Notes under the pieces: model-generated
Told to the model about the DNA's origin: nothing
What the model saw: only the letters and a program-made list of their open reading frames with translations
Database searches by the model: none
From: Takakia lepidozioides
Lineage: Eukaryota; Plantae; Bryophyta
NCBI GenBank assembly: GCA_030704615.1
Contig: CM060733.1
Span: forward strand, 38,936,001-39,000,000
Length of the DNA: 64,000 bases
Direction: 5' to 3'
Shown: positions 50,101-61,828 of the stretch, piece by piece
Layout: every line of letters begins with the position of its first letter
How positions within the stretch are numbered: position 1 is the stretch's first letter
Position numbers and translations under genes: made by a program

Positions 50101-53100
50101 TGACATGGTGGTTTCAGGTACTTCCCCACGCTTCGTTTGGGGTTTCTACTCTAGTAGGGGGTGGATTCATTGTATTTTTTCAGGAAAGCGATCTGATGGA
50201 GAATCTCCACATGTGACAACGAATGCGCAACAGCAGCTGGACACACAAGCACATCAGTTCAAGATGGAGATATTTCCTGCAGCAGAGAGCCTACGTGACT
50301 ATGTGACGAGGTACTTTCTGCTCTACAAAACCAACCTATTCTTTCGGGAGATAGCAGATGCTCGCCGGAGCCACGAGTTCACCGACCAGCCGAACGCGGA
50401 CAAAGCAGCAATGCGCCTTCTGTACAGGTACATACGCGCGGCCTTTCTTTCAAGTCCTTGCATTTCAGGATGTTAGAGGCCTCATGTGGTGTTAGGGAAA
50501 ATGGCGCCGAATTTCCAGTCAGGGCTCCGAAAATGGCTAAGTCCCTAGACTGGCTGGCCTTGAACTGGAAATTCGGCGCCATTTTCCAGTTCTAGGCCCT
50601 ATTGCCGTTCAGGGACTTGGCCATTTTCGGACTAAATCCCTAGACTGGCTGGCCCGGAATTGGAAATTCGGCGCCATTTTCCAGTTGTAGGCCCTATTGC
50701 CGTTCAGGGACTTCGCCATTTTCGGGCTAAGTCCCTAGGGTGGCTGGCCCCGAACTGGAAATTCGGCGCCATTTTCCAGTTCTAGGCCCTATTGCCATTC
50801 AGGGACTTAGCCATTTTCGGGCTAAGTCCCTAGGGTGGCTGGCCCGGAACTGGAAATTCGGCGCCATTTTCCAGTTCTAGGCCCTATTGCCGTTCAGGGA
50901 CAGCCATTTTCGGGCTAAGTCCCTAGGGTGGCTGGCCCGGAACTGGAAATTCGGCGCCATTTTCCAGTTCTAGGCCCTATTGCCGTTCAGGGACTTAGCC
51001 ATTTTCGGGCTAAGTCCCTAGGGTGGCTGGCCCGGAACTGGAAATTCGGCGCCATATTCCAGTTCTAGGCCCTATTGCCGTTCAAGGACTTAGCCATTTT
51101 CGGGCTAAGTCCCTAGGGTGGCTGGCCCTGAACTGGAAATTCGGCGCCATATTCCAGTTGTAGGCCCTATTGCCGTTCAGGGACTTAGCCATTTTCGGGC
51201 TAAGTCCCTAGGGTGGCTGGCCCTGAACTGGAAATTCGGCGCCATTTTCCAGTTGTAGGCCCTATTGCCGTTCAGGGACTTAGCCATCTTCGGGCCAAAC
51301 CGGGAAAAATGGCGCCGAATTTCCAGTTCAGGGCTCCCAAGATGGCTAAGTCCCTAGGGTGGCAGTCACCGAAAACCTCGATTCGGCGCCATTTTTCCAT
51401 TTCTTGGCCCACTCGCATCCGCCCCAACCTGGGAAAATGGTGCCGAATATGCATTTCAAGGATCTCATTGTGTTTTTCATGAATGCAGGTACTGCAAGTT
51501 CTCCCTTTTGGAGAAATGTCATCTGTCTTTCGAGCCACCATTCTTCCTGGCATGGAGGAACCCTGGGGCTGACTCCATGTACACTGACGATATTGTGAAG
51601 GAGTGGCATCTGCAACATTTGCGTGATTGCCCTTGGTATGTGGACCTTCCGCCCGGCTCGTTCGACCCATCCGAGTTTCAATTGAAGCTGGATGCTGAAT
51701 TCCGACGAAACCGGGCTCCGCTGCCTCCGTTGGGTGCAAAAGAGGCAAAAGCGCTTGCGAACTCCAGGAAAGCGGTAGAGCTTGCTCAGGCAGGAATTCA
51801 GGAGAAATTGCATGAGAAGAGTAAAGGCCAAAGGAAAAGGACAAGGAAACAGGTGAGTGCAGTAACACCCAAAAAGAAGAAAACCATCGGGGCATCTGCG
51901 TAGGAGGGGACCCAAGAGAGTGACTCGGACAACGACTTTGTTCAAGGTCCTGCGACTGCTCTTGCTCCTACCCAGTCACCGGTCGTCCGGGTTCCCAAGT
52001 CAGTTCGGAGTGGGACTGGCTCTGCCAAGAAGTTGGCATTTGAGGGCGAGCCTACACGGCGGTATTCGGCGGTGACGTTTACGCACAGGCCAAAGCTAAA
52101 CCTCCAACCATCATCCAATGCGTCAATGAGAGCTTCCTTGACGCTCTCGCTGCCAGGGCGAAGAAGGTGGCACACAACAAGTCTCTGGCGGAGCAGAAGG
52201 GGAAAGCCAAGAAGAGGGCTGGCGGTACAGAGCCTAAATACACCCCTGGTTTTGAAGCCATGATGGAATTCTTCACGGCTGTGAGCACGAATTGCAAGAG
52301 CACTCGGGGGGGGGGTTGAGGTGGAGAGAGCTTGCGACATGATTCTCCTCGACATTCCAGATGGGGAGCTGCTGGAGGGCCTGGATGGTGTGCCTACCTG
52401 GAACAGGTTTACTGAGGACTACTGGAAAGCCGGGTTTGGGCTGGCAGGGATGCTTCTGGATGACGGTGGATGTGTGGTTGTCCTTGCCACGAGAGGGAAG
52501 ACCACAGAGAATGCGGTGGCAAGGTGGACACCGAAAAGTGTCACCCCGGTCCTCCTCAGAAAATGGTTCTGCATCAGTACACAGGGGTTGCGAACAGAGG
52601 GCCAAAGTGTAAGTTATCAATCTATTGCATTCACTTCATATTGTGGTGTATGTTAAGTAGACCCTGGAGTTGATCCCTTCTTTGTTGGATGTGCAGACAT
52701 TGGTGTTTGAGGCATATTGCTTTGTGAAGAGAGGGTCTACGTTCAAATTCCACAACGACGGTCGTCTTGTTGATGCCGCTGTGGACCCTGTAACCTACGA
52801 TGTCCTCTACAACTATGTGCCCCACTCCAGTATGCCGAAGGACACAAAGACAGGCAAACCGTGGCGGTACAGCCGGACCCGGAGCCCAGCTTTCATCCAA
52901 ACCCTCATGGAGACGTGCTCGGATGTCCAAGGGCGGATTCTGGACTAAGCCTTCACGTGATCAGTTTGTCCCCTGGCCCGATTGCAATTGTATGCCGCAA
53001 GCTATTAACCGTCCGCTTTGTTCCTCAGGTGCTTCAATGTGGGCAGGGACGTTGTCCGACAGGCATGTGTTCGCCTTCGAGCCAGATACTGCCCTCCACA

Positions 53101-53231
53101 ACTCGGAACTTGCAGCGGCTAAACGTCTGCCGAAAGAGGAAGAGGCATCCTCGGAGGATGAGGAAAAATCCGAGAAGGAGCAGGGGGAGGAAGTTGGGAT
53201 CGAGGCCGAGGAGCCCCCGGTTTACGAGTGA
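47191..53231 (+). pseudogene. Spliced cargo gene: disordered N-terminus, ParB/Srx-like domain, helical middle, beta-class amino-methyltransferase-like C-terminus; some stops and frameshifts; may extend to ~53766
   Basis: LRIPLCRL…VRP…DIDKLK-x-SF…FYAWDGNHRLLAW (GxxRxxA, ~49010); DMILLDIPDG (52336-52365); LLDDGGCVVVL; RSPAFIQTLMETCSDVQGRILD; GASMWAGTLSDRHVFAFEPD. Exons link via plausible splice sites (47726-49167, ~49285-49475, …-50427, 51489-, 52697-, 53029-). Confidence 0.7.
50497..51360. repeat. Intronic tandem array of eight 95-bp units, each with two hairpins
   Basis: ggaaattcggcgcc at 50567, 50662, 50757, 50852, 50945, 51040, 51135 and 51230. Each unit contains ctggaaattcggcgccattttccag and agggacttagcc-attttcg-ggctaagtccct. 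Confidence 0.95.
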
Positions 53232-54227
53232 GTGGTGGCATTGTAAGTTGCCTCCAGATTTCGTGAGGCACCTCCCTCCGCTCTCTTATTTCATTGAAAA
53301 CCCTTTCTGGTTGTGCTGGTATTGACATTCTTGAAGTGGATTTGTTCTTACTGTAGGATGCCAAGTACTGCCGGAGGGACGTCTACACCGGAGTTCATGG
53401 GCAGGAGGAACGTGCCTTTTTTTGCCAGGGGGGATTTCATGCCTAGTCGAGAAAGGGAGTACATCCTTCCTACTTATGCTGCCCGGCTTGCTTCGGTGTC
53501 CATTAGGAGGTGTTCCGAACGTAGTCGTGTACAGCAGATTTATTAGAGCCCGTCGGGCTCGTAGATTTGTCTTGGATTCTGCTGAGGAAAGTGGGGGAGA
53601 AGACACAGAAGATTCCCAGGAGGTGAGGTGGACAGTCCCCCAAGGAGAGGACGGGATTTTTGAGAGGCATAGTGGAACTGATGCATCACAGAGCTCGGAG
53701 GATGAGGGGGATGAGGGGGATGAGGAAGAAGGTGGGGCAAGTTCCTCGGAGGGTGTAGGAGAGTAGTGCCCATTCCGGCTATGACAGAGAACACACTTGT
53801 ATAGACGTGGCTTGCCACAAAATTTGCAATAAAATGTTGCATTTCAAGTCCACTGGTGCCACATTTCAACTTCACATGACCCTATTTCCGTGCCTCCTAA
53901 CACTATTTCCGTGGACTCACAATGGTCTGCTCATGTTTTTCTTTTTTCCGCTCATGCTCATGCCGCTCATGAAATAGCAGCCCCCCGGAGAGTGATCAAC
54001 TCACCTTCATGCAAACGTCAATGTGGTGTGCACTGTGGCCCTAAAGAGATTCCAGAGCAATAGTCCAGTAAATGTACAAACATGTGGTAAAGAGAGAGAG
54101 AGAGCCTTGCAAACATAGAATTGATTGAACACATCCTTCTCCAGCCTCCCCTTGAGGTACGAAATCATGAAATCAGAACCATGAAAACCTGCACGCGGTT
54201 ATGGGGGTAGGCTACAGGTGAGCATTC

Positions 54228-54358
54228 TAGCCGTTGAGAGCATAGAGATCGTCGATGCATATCGGACGGTGGAGAGCGGCGTACCGTTAGGCAGGGTGGG
54301 TTCCCGTTCCTGCGGACATAGCCGTTGGACTCCTTCTCTCTCTCTCTCTCCCTATAAT
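54228..54358 (+). promoter_or_regulatory. Cyclin B promoter: MSA (mitosis-specific activator, MYB3R-binding) elements and TATA box
   Basis: Reverse-strand TCAACGGCTA (54228-54237), CTAACGGTA (54282-54290) and TCCAACGGCTA (54319-54329), then TATAAT at 54353. Confidence 0.8.
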
Positions 54359-54455
54359 TCAGTCCAGTTCTGTGTCTGTTATCTGTAGTCCTCGTCCCAA
54401 GTCTGTGCTTGTCAGTCCCTTTGTCGCAGTTTTGTCTTATTCCACTCTCTGCACG

Positions 54456-54458
<3 letters not shown>

Positions 54459-54500
<42 letters not shown>
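54459..54500. repeat. (CT)n microsatellite in the cyclin 5' UTR
   Basis: About 21 CT units. Confidence 0.95.
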
Positions 54501-54504
<4 letters not shown>

Positions 54505-55011
54505 TCTGGGTCCCTTCATCTGGCTTCTGCTGCGGCTCTGTCCCTTTTGCGCTCTGCTTTGTGTTTTTCTTTCATACACATAGAACCAGAACGCATCGTT
54601 TGTTGTACCAAAATTTGGACTCAAAATGCTGGATGCAGCCTATCTTAAGGAATTGAAAGCACCGTTGGTAGACTGAGGTAACGCCAGCATTGAGCATTCG
54701 TGGACCTCATAATCAATCGGAAACCATGTTTGCAACAAGGGTGAGTTGAAATTTCCCCGTCTACTGTGATATCGCACGCTGGGTGACAGTTCATGACGCC
54801 AGGCATCCGGTGATTTGGGATTCCGATGAAGGATTGCGGGTAGTTTGGCATGAGATTGTCTTGTGACCTTCTTTGCAGCCGTCTTTGTGTGTGATAATCA
54901 AATGCATTCTTTCAAACGCGTTGCTCTTCGCCGGGGGGCAGTCTTTGAGTCTCAGATTTCCTCTTCAGCTAGTCATGACTGGAAATATTGGCATTTAGTT
55001 GATTGGTTTTA

Positions 55012-58000
55012 GTGGGTGGGGTGCCGCAGCAACATCCTGGATGCTACGATGAGAACAAGCGTGGGGATCATGGTGGGAAGCCCGCTGTGCCCTCTAAAGG
55101 TCTGTCCTTACCCGTCTTCTTGTTTTCAGTTCTAGAATACGTCTCACAATCAGGAGAGAGAGAGAGAATAGTACGCCGGCCAAAGCCGGCGTGACTAAGA
55201 GCCTCTTTCCCTTGTTGGGTACTGCCCCATGTCGGCAGTGATCAAGAGATGTGCATATCCTTGTCAAAATGGCACATTCGGATTGGAGTGAAAATGTGTG
55301 AAACGGTTTAATGCAGGCCCAAGCCTTGCGGGGGCCAACCACGTTACCAGGGCAGCTCAGGCCAGCAATCGGAGAGCGCTGGGAGACATCGGAAATTTGG
55401 TGGGTGCCATGTCGGTGCGTTGCAATGTCAGCAAAGACGTAGTGCCTGTCGACCGTCCCATCACTAGGTGAGGCATTTTGATCCTTCTGAATGTATGGAA
55501 CTCTACGCCTGGATTGAGCCTGTTATTTTCTAGGGGATGCCGCTCTACTGCAAGAGGCGAGTCCCTCGTTCCAATAAGTTTGGCTTCTGAACGAGTTTCA
55601 GGCTTTTCTTCAATAAGATGGTCGTACACAGTGGGAATCCGATGGGGTTGCTGAATGCCTTGTTTGTTTTGGCCATCGGAATTTCATTCCTTCACTAAAG
55701 ATGTATTACGATTGCGGCAGGAGGTTTGGGGCCAACTTGCAAAACAACCAGGCTGCATCGAGAGTACCCGTCTCTACGGTAGGGTACCGAGTGCCATTGA
55801 GCTCGAGTGATTTTCTCTTGTACTCGAATGATCTCTCAAATGTCATACCGCATCTAAGGTTTAGCAATCAACCATTCACGGCATTTGTTTGATGTGAGTT
55901 GTTGATTGCATATTTCAATGCCCAATTGCAGCAACCGCCAGCGGGACAGACTGTGAAAGTGGAAGATGTGAACACCTGGGGTGCGAAGCAGCGGCGCACT
56001 CTAGCATCTGCAAAGGTGCGTGACGCCACGGCGGTCACTTCAGCCCAGGCGGATGTCCCGCCAACATCAGCAGATGCCACTGCAACCTCCACAGCGAGTA
56101 GCAGTGCATCAAATGCGCCAGGGTTGCCAGTGGGCCACCCTTCCCGCTTGAAGGCTCATGCCCGAAAGGTTGCTGTGAAGAAGGAGAAGGAACAGACTCT
56201 CACTGCCCTGTTGACCGCTTGCAGTGAGGTAGGCATTCCAAATGCTGACTGAGTTTTGGGTTTGATGTTGTCGTGTTGCCATTACAAAGCCCCAATAGTC
56301 TTACAGTAGATATTAGGAAAAGCATACATATGTATGGAGGACATTGGTCTTGTGGTCGCTTTCATCTTCAATGAACCCCTTTAGGTATCTTTTCTCATGA
56401 AGTTCGAATTTTCACTTGGTGACTTGCAGGCTGCATGTGGAGGGTTCAATTCTGAAAACCAATATGCAGTGCCCAACATTGATGAGCATGATCTGGACAA
56501 TCAGCTGGCAGTTGTTGACTATATTGAGGACATCTATAGCTTTTACCGGAAGACTGAGGTCAGTAGCTCCATGCTTGATCACAAAGTGAGCAGCCATCTC
56601 CACCCATGCGTGATTTTTATAGAGCTTGGGGGATCTTCTGATGCTGGACCCCGCATCTGTTTTCTGACGTTGATGAGGTTTCATGAATATGGGCAGGTCC
56701 AGAGCTGTGTGCCACCAGACTACATGACACGGCAGGCTGACATCAATGATAAAATGCGTGCCATCCTCATTGATTGGCTAATTGAGGTTTGCTTCTCTTT
56801 GGCCTTCAATGGATGTCGTAAATATTTCTCACTTTCTCGTCTCCAGATTTTGATGGATGTTTTAATGTGGGTTTCTTTATTTCTATTGCTCTATTTCTTT
56901 GTTCTACTGCTCTTGGCACTTATGAACTTCAACCAAGCTGTGCAGGTCCATCTGAAATTCAAATTGATGCCAGAGACGCTCTACCTCACAACAAACTTGA
57001 TTGATCGCTATCTTTGCATTCAAAACATTCCGCGCAAGAATCTGCAACTGGTGGGTGTCACAGCTATGCTTCTCGCCGCAAAGTACGAGGAAGTTTGGGC
57101 CCCTGAGGTAAACTCCCACTGGAATTCAGCTCGTGGTATGTTGGGTAAGCAGATGCCTACAAAGAATTGTTGTTGTCCACTAATAATTGTAGCCTGTAGG
57201 AAAGAACCAGTGAGACAACATGTGAAAGAGGTGGCTGTCTGCCTGCCCAGGTGGAGGACTTTGTCTTCATATCCGACAACGCATACACTCGTGATCAACT
57301 CTTGAACATGGTATGATTTCCCTTTCTTTTCCCCCGACCTCCTCTCTTTGGTGATCTGCCGTAACTGTTTTACAGGGTTTTTATCGTCACGCTTAACTCA
57401 CTTTCCCAGCTCTTTAGGGGCAGAAGGTGCAGACTCTCGAGACCTATGCGCAAATGATGTGGTAAAGGACTATAGAGCTCAATCACATCACATATGTTTG
57501 TGTTTGTGTATGTTTGTGCCCAAGGTCTGGTCATGTCATTTGTGCAAGCCTAGCAGTCATGGAAAATGGCAAAGGTGTTGTTCATGGTGACATTGTCAAA
57601 GGCAGTCAACTGAAAACCATTTTGTCAATTGGCAGGAGAAGGTAATGTTGAACTCGTTGAAGTTTAACCTGACTGTGCCTACCCCATATGTGTTCATGGT
57701 GCGTCTCTTCAAGGCTGCCGTCGCCGATAAACAGGTACTACACTACTTGTCTTAAAGAGTGGACATAAATCGGTTGATATTCTGTATGTTGCGGGCACTT
57801 CTTGTGACTTCTGTAAAGAATAAGGGTTTAGTGTTGCAGTTTCGGTTTTGACACTCATCTTTGGTTGGTCTGTGATAAGGAAAAAATTGCTACTCAGCTC
57901 GAGATGGTGTCGTGGTATCTGGTAGAGCTTTGCCTGACGGAGTATTCCATGGTTAAGTTTTGTCCCTCTCTACTGGCTGCCTCAGCGGTCTACACAGCGC

Positions 58001-58499
58001 AGAACACACTGGCACTGGAACCTTGCTGGGGTCCTGCACTCCAGCGCCATTCTGGCTACAATGAACTCCAGCTCAAGTAACCACAACTTTCTATTATCAG
58101 ACTCCATCCTTCACTACTGCTTTCATATTCCCTTTCCAGAGCTGGTTCAACCATGCGAGAGGCATTAGGTCCATAATTGCTAGGTATCTTAGTATATTCA
58201 TGAACTACTCCATACTTTCTAAGAATCACTGCAAGTTGGGCTGTAGGTTGTACACTGTGGTGGGGATGGCTTCCGGGTTTGGGGGGGGTGGAACCTTACT
58301 TTTCTGTTCTGTTTCCTATTTTTCTTCTCTTGTAATATTCTGTCATTGAGTTTGTAGGGAATGCGCACGGATGATGGTGGGCTTTCACGGCAAGGCAGGG
58401 GAAGGGAACCTGAATGTTGTGCACAAGAAATATTCTTCCTCCAAGTTTTTGTCTGTTGCCAAGCTGAAAACTGTTTCCATTGGTTCTCAGGAGGATTAG
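55012..58499 (+). CDS. CYCB: B-type (G2/mitotic) cyclin; spliced; start codon not pinned down
   Basis: D-box RRALGDIGN (~55372); QLAVVDYIEDIYSFY; cyclin box MRAILIDWLIE|VHLKFKLMPETLYLT…LQLVGVTAMLLAAKYEE; LKFNLTVPTPYVFM; final exon VHKKYSSSKF with stop at 58499. About 12 GT-AG exons. Confidence 0.95.
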
Positions 58500-59490
58500 T
58501 AGGATTAGTAGGCAGCTGCAAAACTCCTTCAGTTCTTGGATATGGACAGAGAAATAGCACAAAGTACAGTTATGAGCAAAAAGCGGCTATGAGAGACGGG
58601 GGGGAGAGCTTAGGAACAGCTGCCCATTGATAAGATTTATGTCTCCTTGCAGCAACCAAGGCTCAGATGAAAAGTAGATCATTCACAGTCCCTCGCTGTA
58701 CAGTGTTAAGGCACGGTAGTCACTTTTGAACTTCCCCCTCATCACTGCCCCTGGTCTGTCACCTCAAATTATTGACTAGTCAGGTCATTTGTTTACGAAG
58801 GCCAGGTAGCTGGTAGGTTTGTATATTCAGAAAGATGTAAGATCTGAGATAATTGTCAATTGTCATCAATTATTCTCCTCTTCAAAAGTAAATTTCTTTT
58901 CATTCGAATACCACCAAACGCTTCGGATTTGTGAATGCTGAAAGTGAGCTTCGGATCTACCCCAGTTACTTGATTTTTCCCATCTATACAACCATCAAGC
59001 CGGAAATGGAAATTGAAATACTAGCAGACACTGTTATGTTGTCGCATGTGGGACAGAGCATGTATGCCCGCTGCACAGACGCGGGGTCACCCTCCCCGCC
59101 CCGCCACCCCCACCCCCACCTGCCAGCCGCGCAGCGCGGTCGGGAACCCCGCACGCTGCCCAGCTCACCCCAGACCACGGCCCCCGCCCGCCCGTCCCAG
59201 TGGGTTTGCCCGGGCCGGGGTCTGCCCGCTGATGGCGCATGTCGTCCGGCAGACCACCCCAGACCGGCACAGCAGACCCAGACCTACGTGGCGTGCATCT
59301 GCCCGTCCAGATCCGGTTTTATCCAGACCGTCCGGATTTAGGGCATGCCGTGGCACTCGCCAATCTCCTCAGACCCCCTTTGCTCTTTTTCTTTTTTTCT
59401 CTGTTGCCGTTGGTGCTTGCTGCTGTTTGTTGTTTGACTGTTTAGAACCAACAAACTCGCCGGTTGTGAAGAATCCCTTTGCATGACTCC

Positions 59491-61241
59491 ATGCAACGTC
59501 GGAGTGCCCCTCGCCACAAAGCCAAGAGAAGGTACTGGTATGAGCCAAGTGAGTACGATGCTAAAATAGTAGAAGCATTTTTGGATTTGCGCGTAGCGAA
59601 GGAGAAAGAGAACTGGCCAAAGTGCACATTTTGCCCCGATATTGTCAAGGACAAAGAGACTCTAAACCGCCATGCCCTTGATGGAGGATGCAAAGGTATG
59701 GTCCCTGAGAACTAAGCCTTGGCCCAAGCCAAGTTCGTCTAAGGCCGCAAAAGAAATCACTGCAAAGTGTAGGGGTGCGCATGCCGTCGCTCGGTCTGCT
59801 GAGGAAGTGCGGCAGCATTATTACACTGAAGCCGGCCTGCTGGGCCCCAGCCTCGTTGTGCCAGTGAAGAAAAGGAAGCTCAGTGATGGAGCTAAAAAAA
59901 ATGTAGACCGCAAAAGTCACAGATCTGCCAGTACCAGTACTAGCAGACCACGGGATATGAGAGTGAGTAGCAAAGAATTGCAACCAGGTCGGTCCCAGCA
60001 GACCACCACCAGCAGACCATAGGCTGTCGTTTCAACTTTGTCATCCAGTGGGGATGACTCAAGTAAGGAAGACTCTCATGAAGAGGAGGATCATGTTCAG
60101 GACATGTCGACGGAGCGGCCGCGACTAGTTGTGAGACCGTACTTGGGGAACGACCCCATTGGGTACGCCCCGCCGGTACATGACATAACCCTTGACTCTG
60201 ACATCTCCATGGAGGAATCACACCCTCAAACAGACCCACGAAGCACACCACATATCAGACCTAACAAGCAGACCAAAAAATAGCAGACCCTGACTGACGC
60301 TCATGGAGATGTAATGGGCACCCCTGTCCGCCCTGGCACATTGTACCTTATTCCCCACGGTCTTCTGCTAGACCAGTACCCAGATGAATCAGATCCGGAC
60401 TTTTTCTCTTTTTTGTATGTTTACGTGAGATCAAGGTAGATACAGCAGACCATTGACACAGAAGAAAAGAAGTGGGTAGAGGCACGATCACACCCAAGGG
60501 ATGAAGACTACAACGGCCTCCAGGTACTTGAACCACTCTTTCTATGGTCTACCATATTTGAGTGTTTCGATTTCCTGGTTGCAATTAGTGATATGCTATG
60601 TTGGGTGTTGTATGTGTGGCCTGCTGTTGTCGGTCTACTATTCTGGGTCTGCTATTCTGTACATGGTACTGCATTACTTGTTCTAGCTGTGGTCTGTTCT
60701 ATAGGTCCAGAACCGTGCGTCTATTTTCCCCTGTTACAAATCATGCTATAATGTTTTTTGTTATTGTTATATGTATGGTCTGCAGCGAACGGTCTACTGT
60801 TTTGGGTCTGATTTTCGCAACATGGTACTGCAGTTGCTTTGAAAGGCGCACTATTGTCGTGACTGTGGTTTGCTGCATAGGTCCACGGCTATGGTCTACT
60901 ACTATGCTCTACTGGTTTACTGATATGGCCTACTGGTGTATGGTCTATTGGTCTACTGTCAGGCCCAATTTGGACTGGTCTACTGGTCTATAGTCTACTG
61001 GTCTAATGTGAAGGCCAATTTTGTTGTTTGTTTTCAGGAGGCAAATGTGCAAGACAACCGAGTGTACAGGGCTTTGCAAATCTGGAAATACAGGTTGAAC
61101 GGTCTTCCCTTGGAAAATACACTTGTCTGGAATGAGGTCCGTGATATTCGTGACTACATCCTGAGTCTGTATCCACAGTCGGCTGATGCCATTGCATCAA
61201 TTCAAGATGCAACGACGCAATGGCGTGAGCGTTGCGCGTGA
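59491..61241 (+). pseudogene. Uncharacterised TE-associated gene remnant with a Zn-finger-like motif
   Basis: WPKCTFC-x10-RHALDGGC, basic and acidic tracts, and a last exon-like segment after ttttcag (~61018-61241). Interrupted by stops. Confidence 0.35.
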
Positions 61242-61828
61242 GCGCGCGAGCGTACGCTCACGCCAGCTGACGTGGCGTGAGCCTGCACACACGCTGACGT
61301 GGCGTGAGCATCATGTCAGCATGTTGATGTGGCGGTAAATGATGACATGGCACTGTCCGCCATCTGCCACGTCACCATTAACATGCGCCGCCTATAACCG
61401 TGGATGGTCCTATGACCGTGGAATTAATGCAGGGAATCTTGCCTAAATAGAATCAAGACGAGCATTGAGGCCTACAATTGCAGCATCCAACATTGTGCAA
61501 TTACAAATGCTTGTTTCACTTTTACAATTACGAGGACGACAAAATATCCTCACAAAGTGTGCGCCATAAAGGCTGCCACGGGAAGACCTTCCTCCCTCCT
61601 CAAATAACAATGAGAGTTAGGATCATCTTCAAAAGATGATTGTAGTGCATAGCGACAGCAAGACATGTAGACTTCGAACGGTGCAATGACAAATGTGCAC
61701 TACCTAAAAGTTGTCACTCAGAGCTGACTCCGTATAGTTGGAGGCCATATCATTGCACAGCCGACGAATTGATGTGAATTACACATTTCAAATCATGGTC
61801 ATCCACATACCACATTACATAGTTCATG

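Larger units (their letters stand above)
42973..53985 (-). mobile_element. Large (>11 kb) Mutator-like transposon MULE-2 with palindrome arrays and ParB/methyltransferase-like cargo
   Basis: Transposase on the minus strand. Terminus …GCTCATGAAATAGCAGCCCCC (53985) with gctcatg repeats matches the MULE-1 terminus. The same palindrome family occurs upstream of the transposase and inside the cargo intron. Confidence 0.82.

Noticed and set aside
56397-57305. 302-aa single ORF as the cyclin CDS
   Set aside because: It reads through three exons and in-frame introns; the real gene is spliced.
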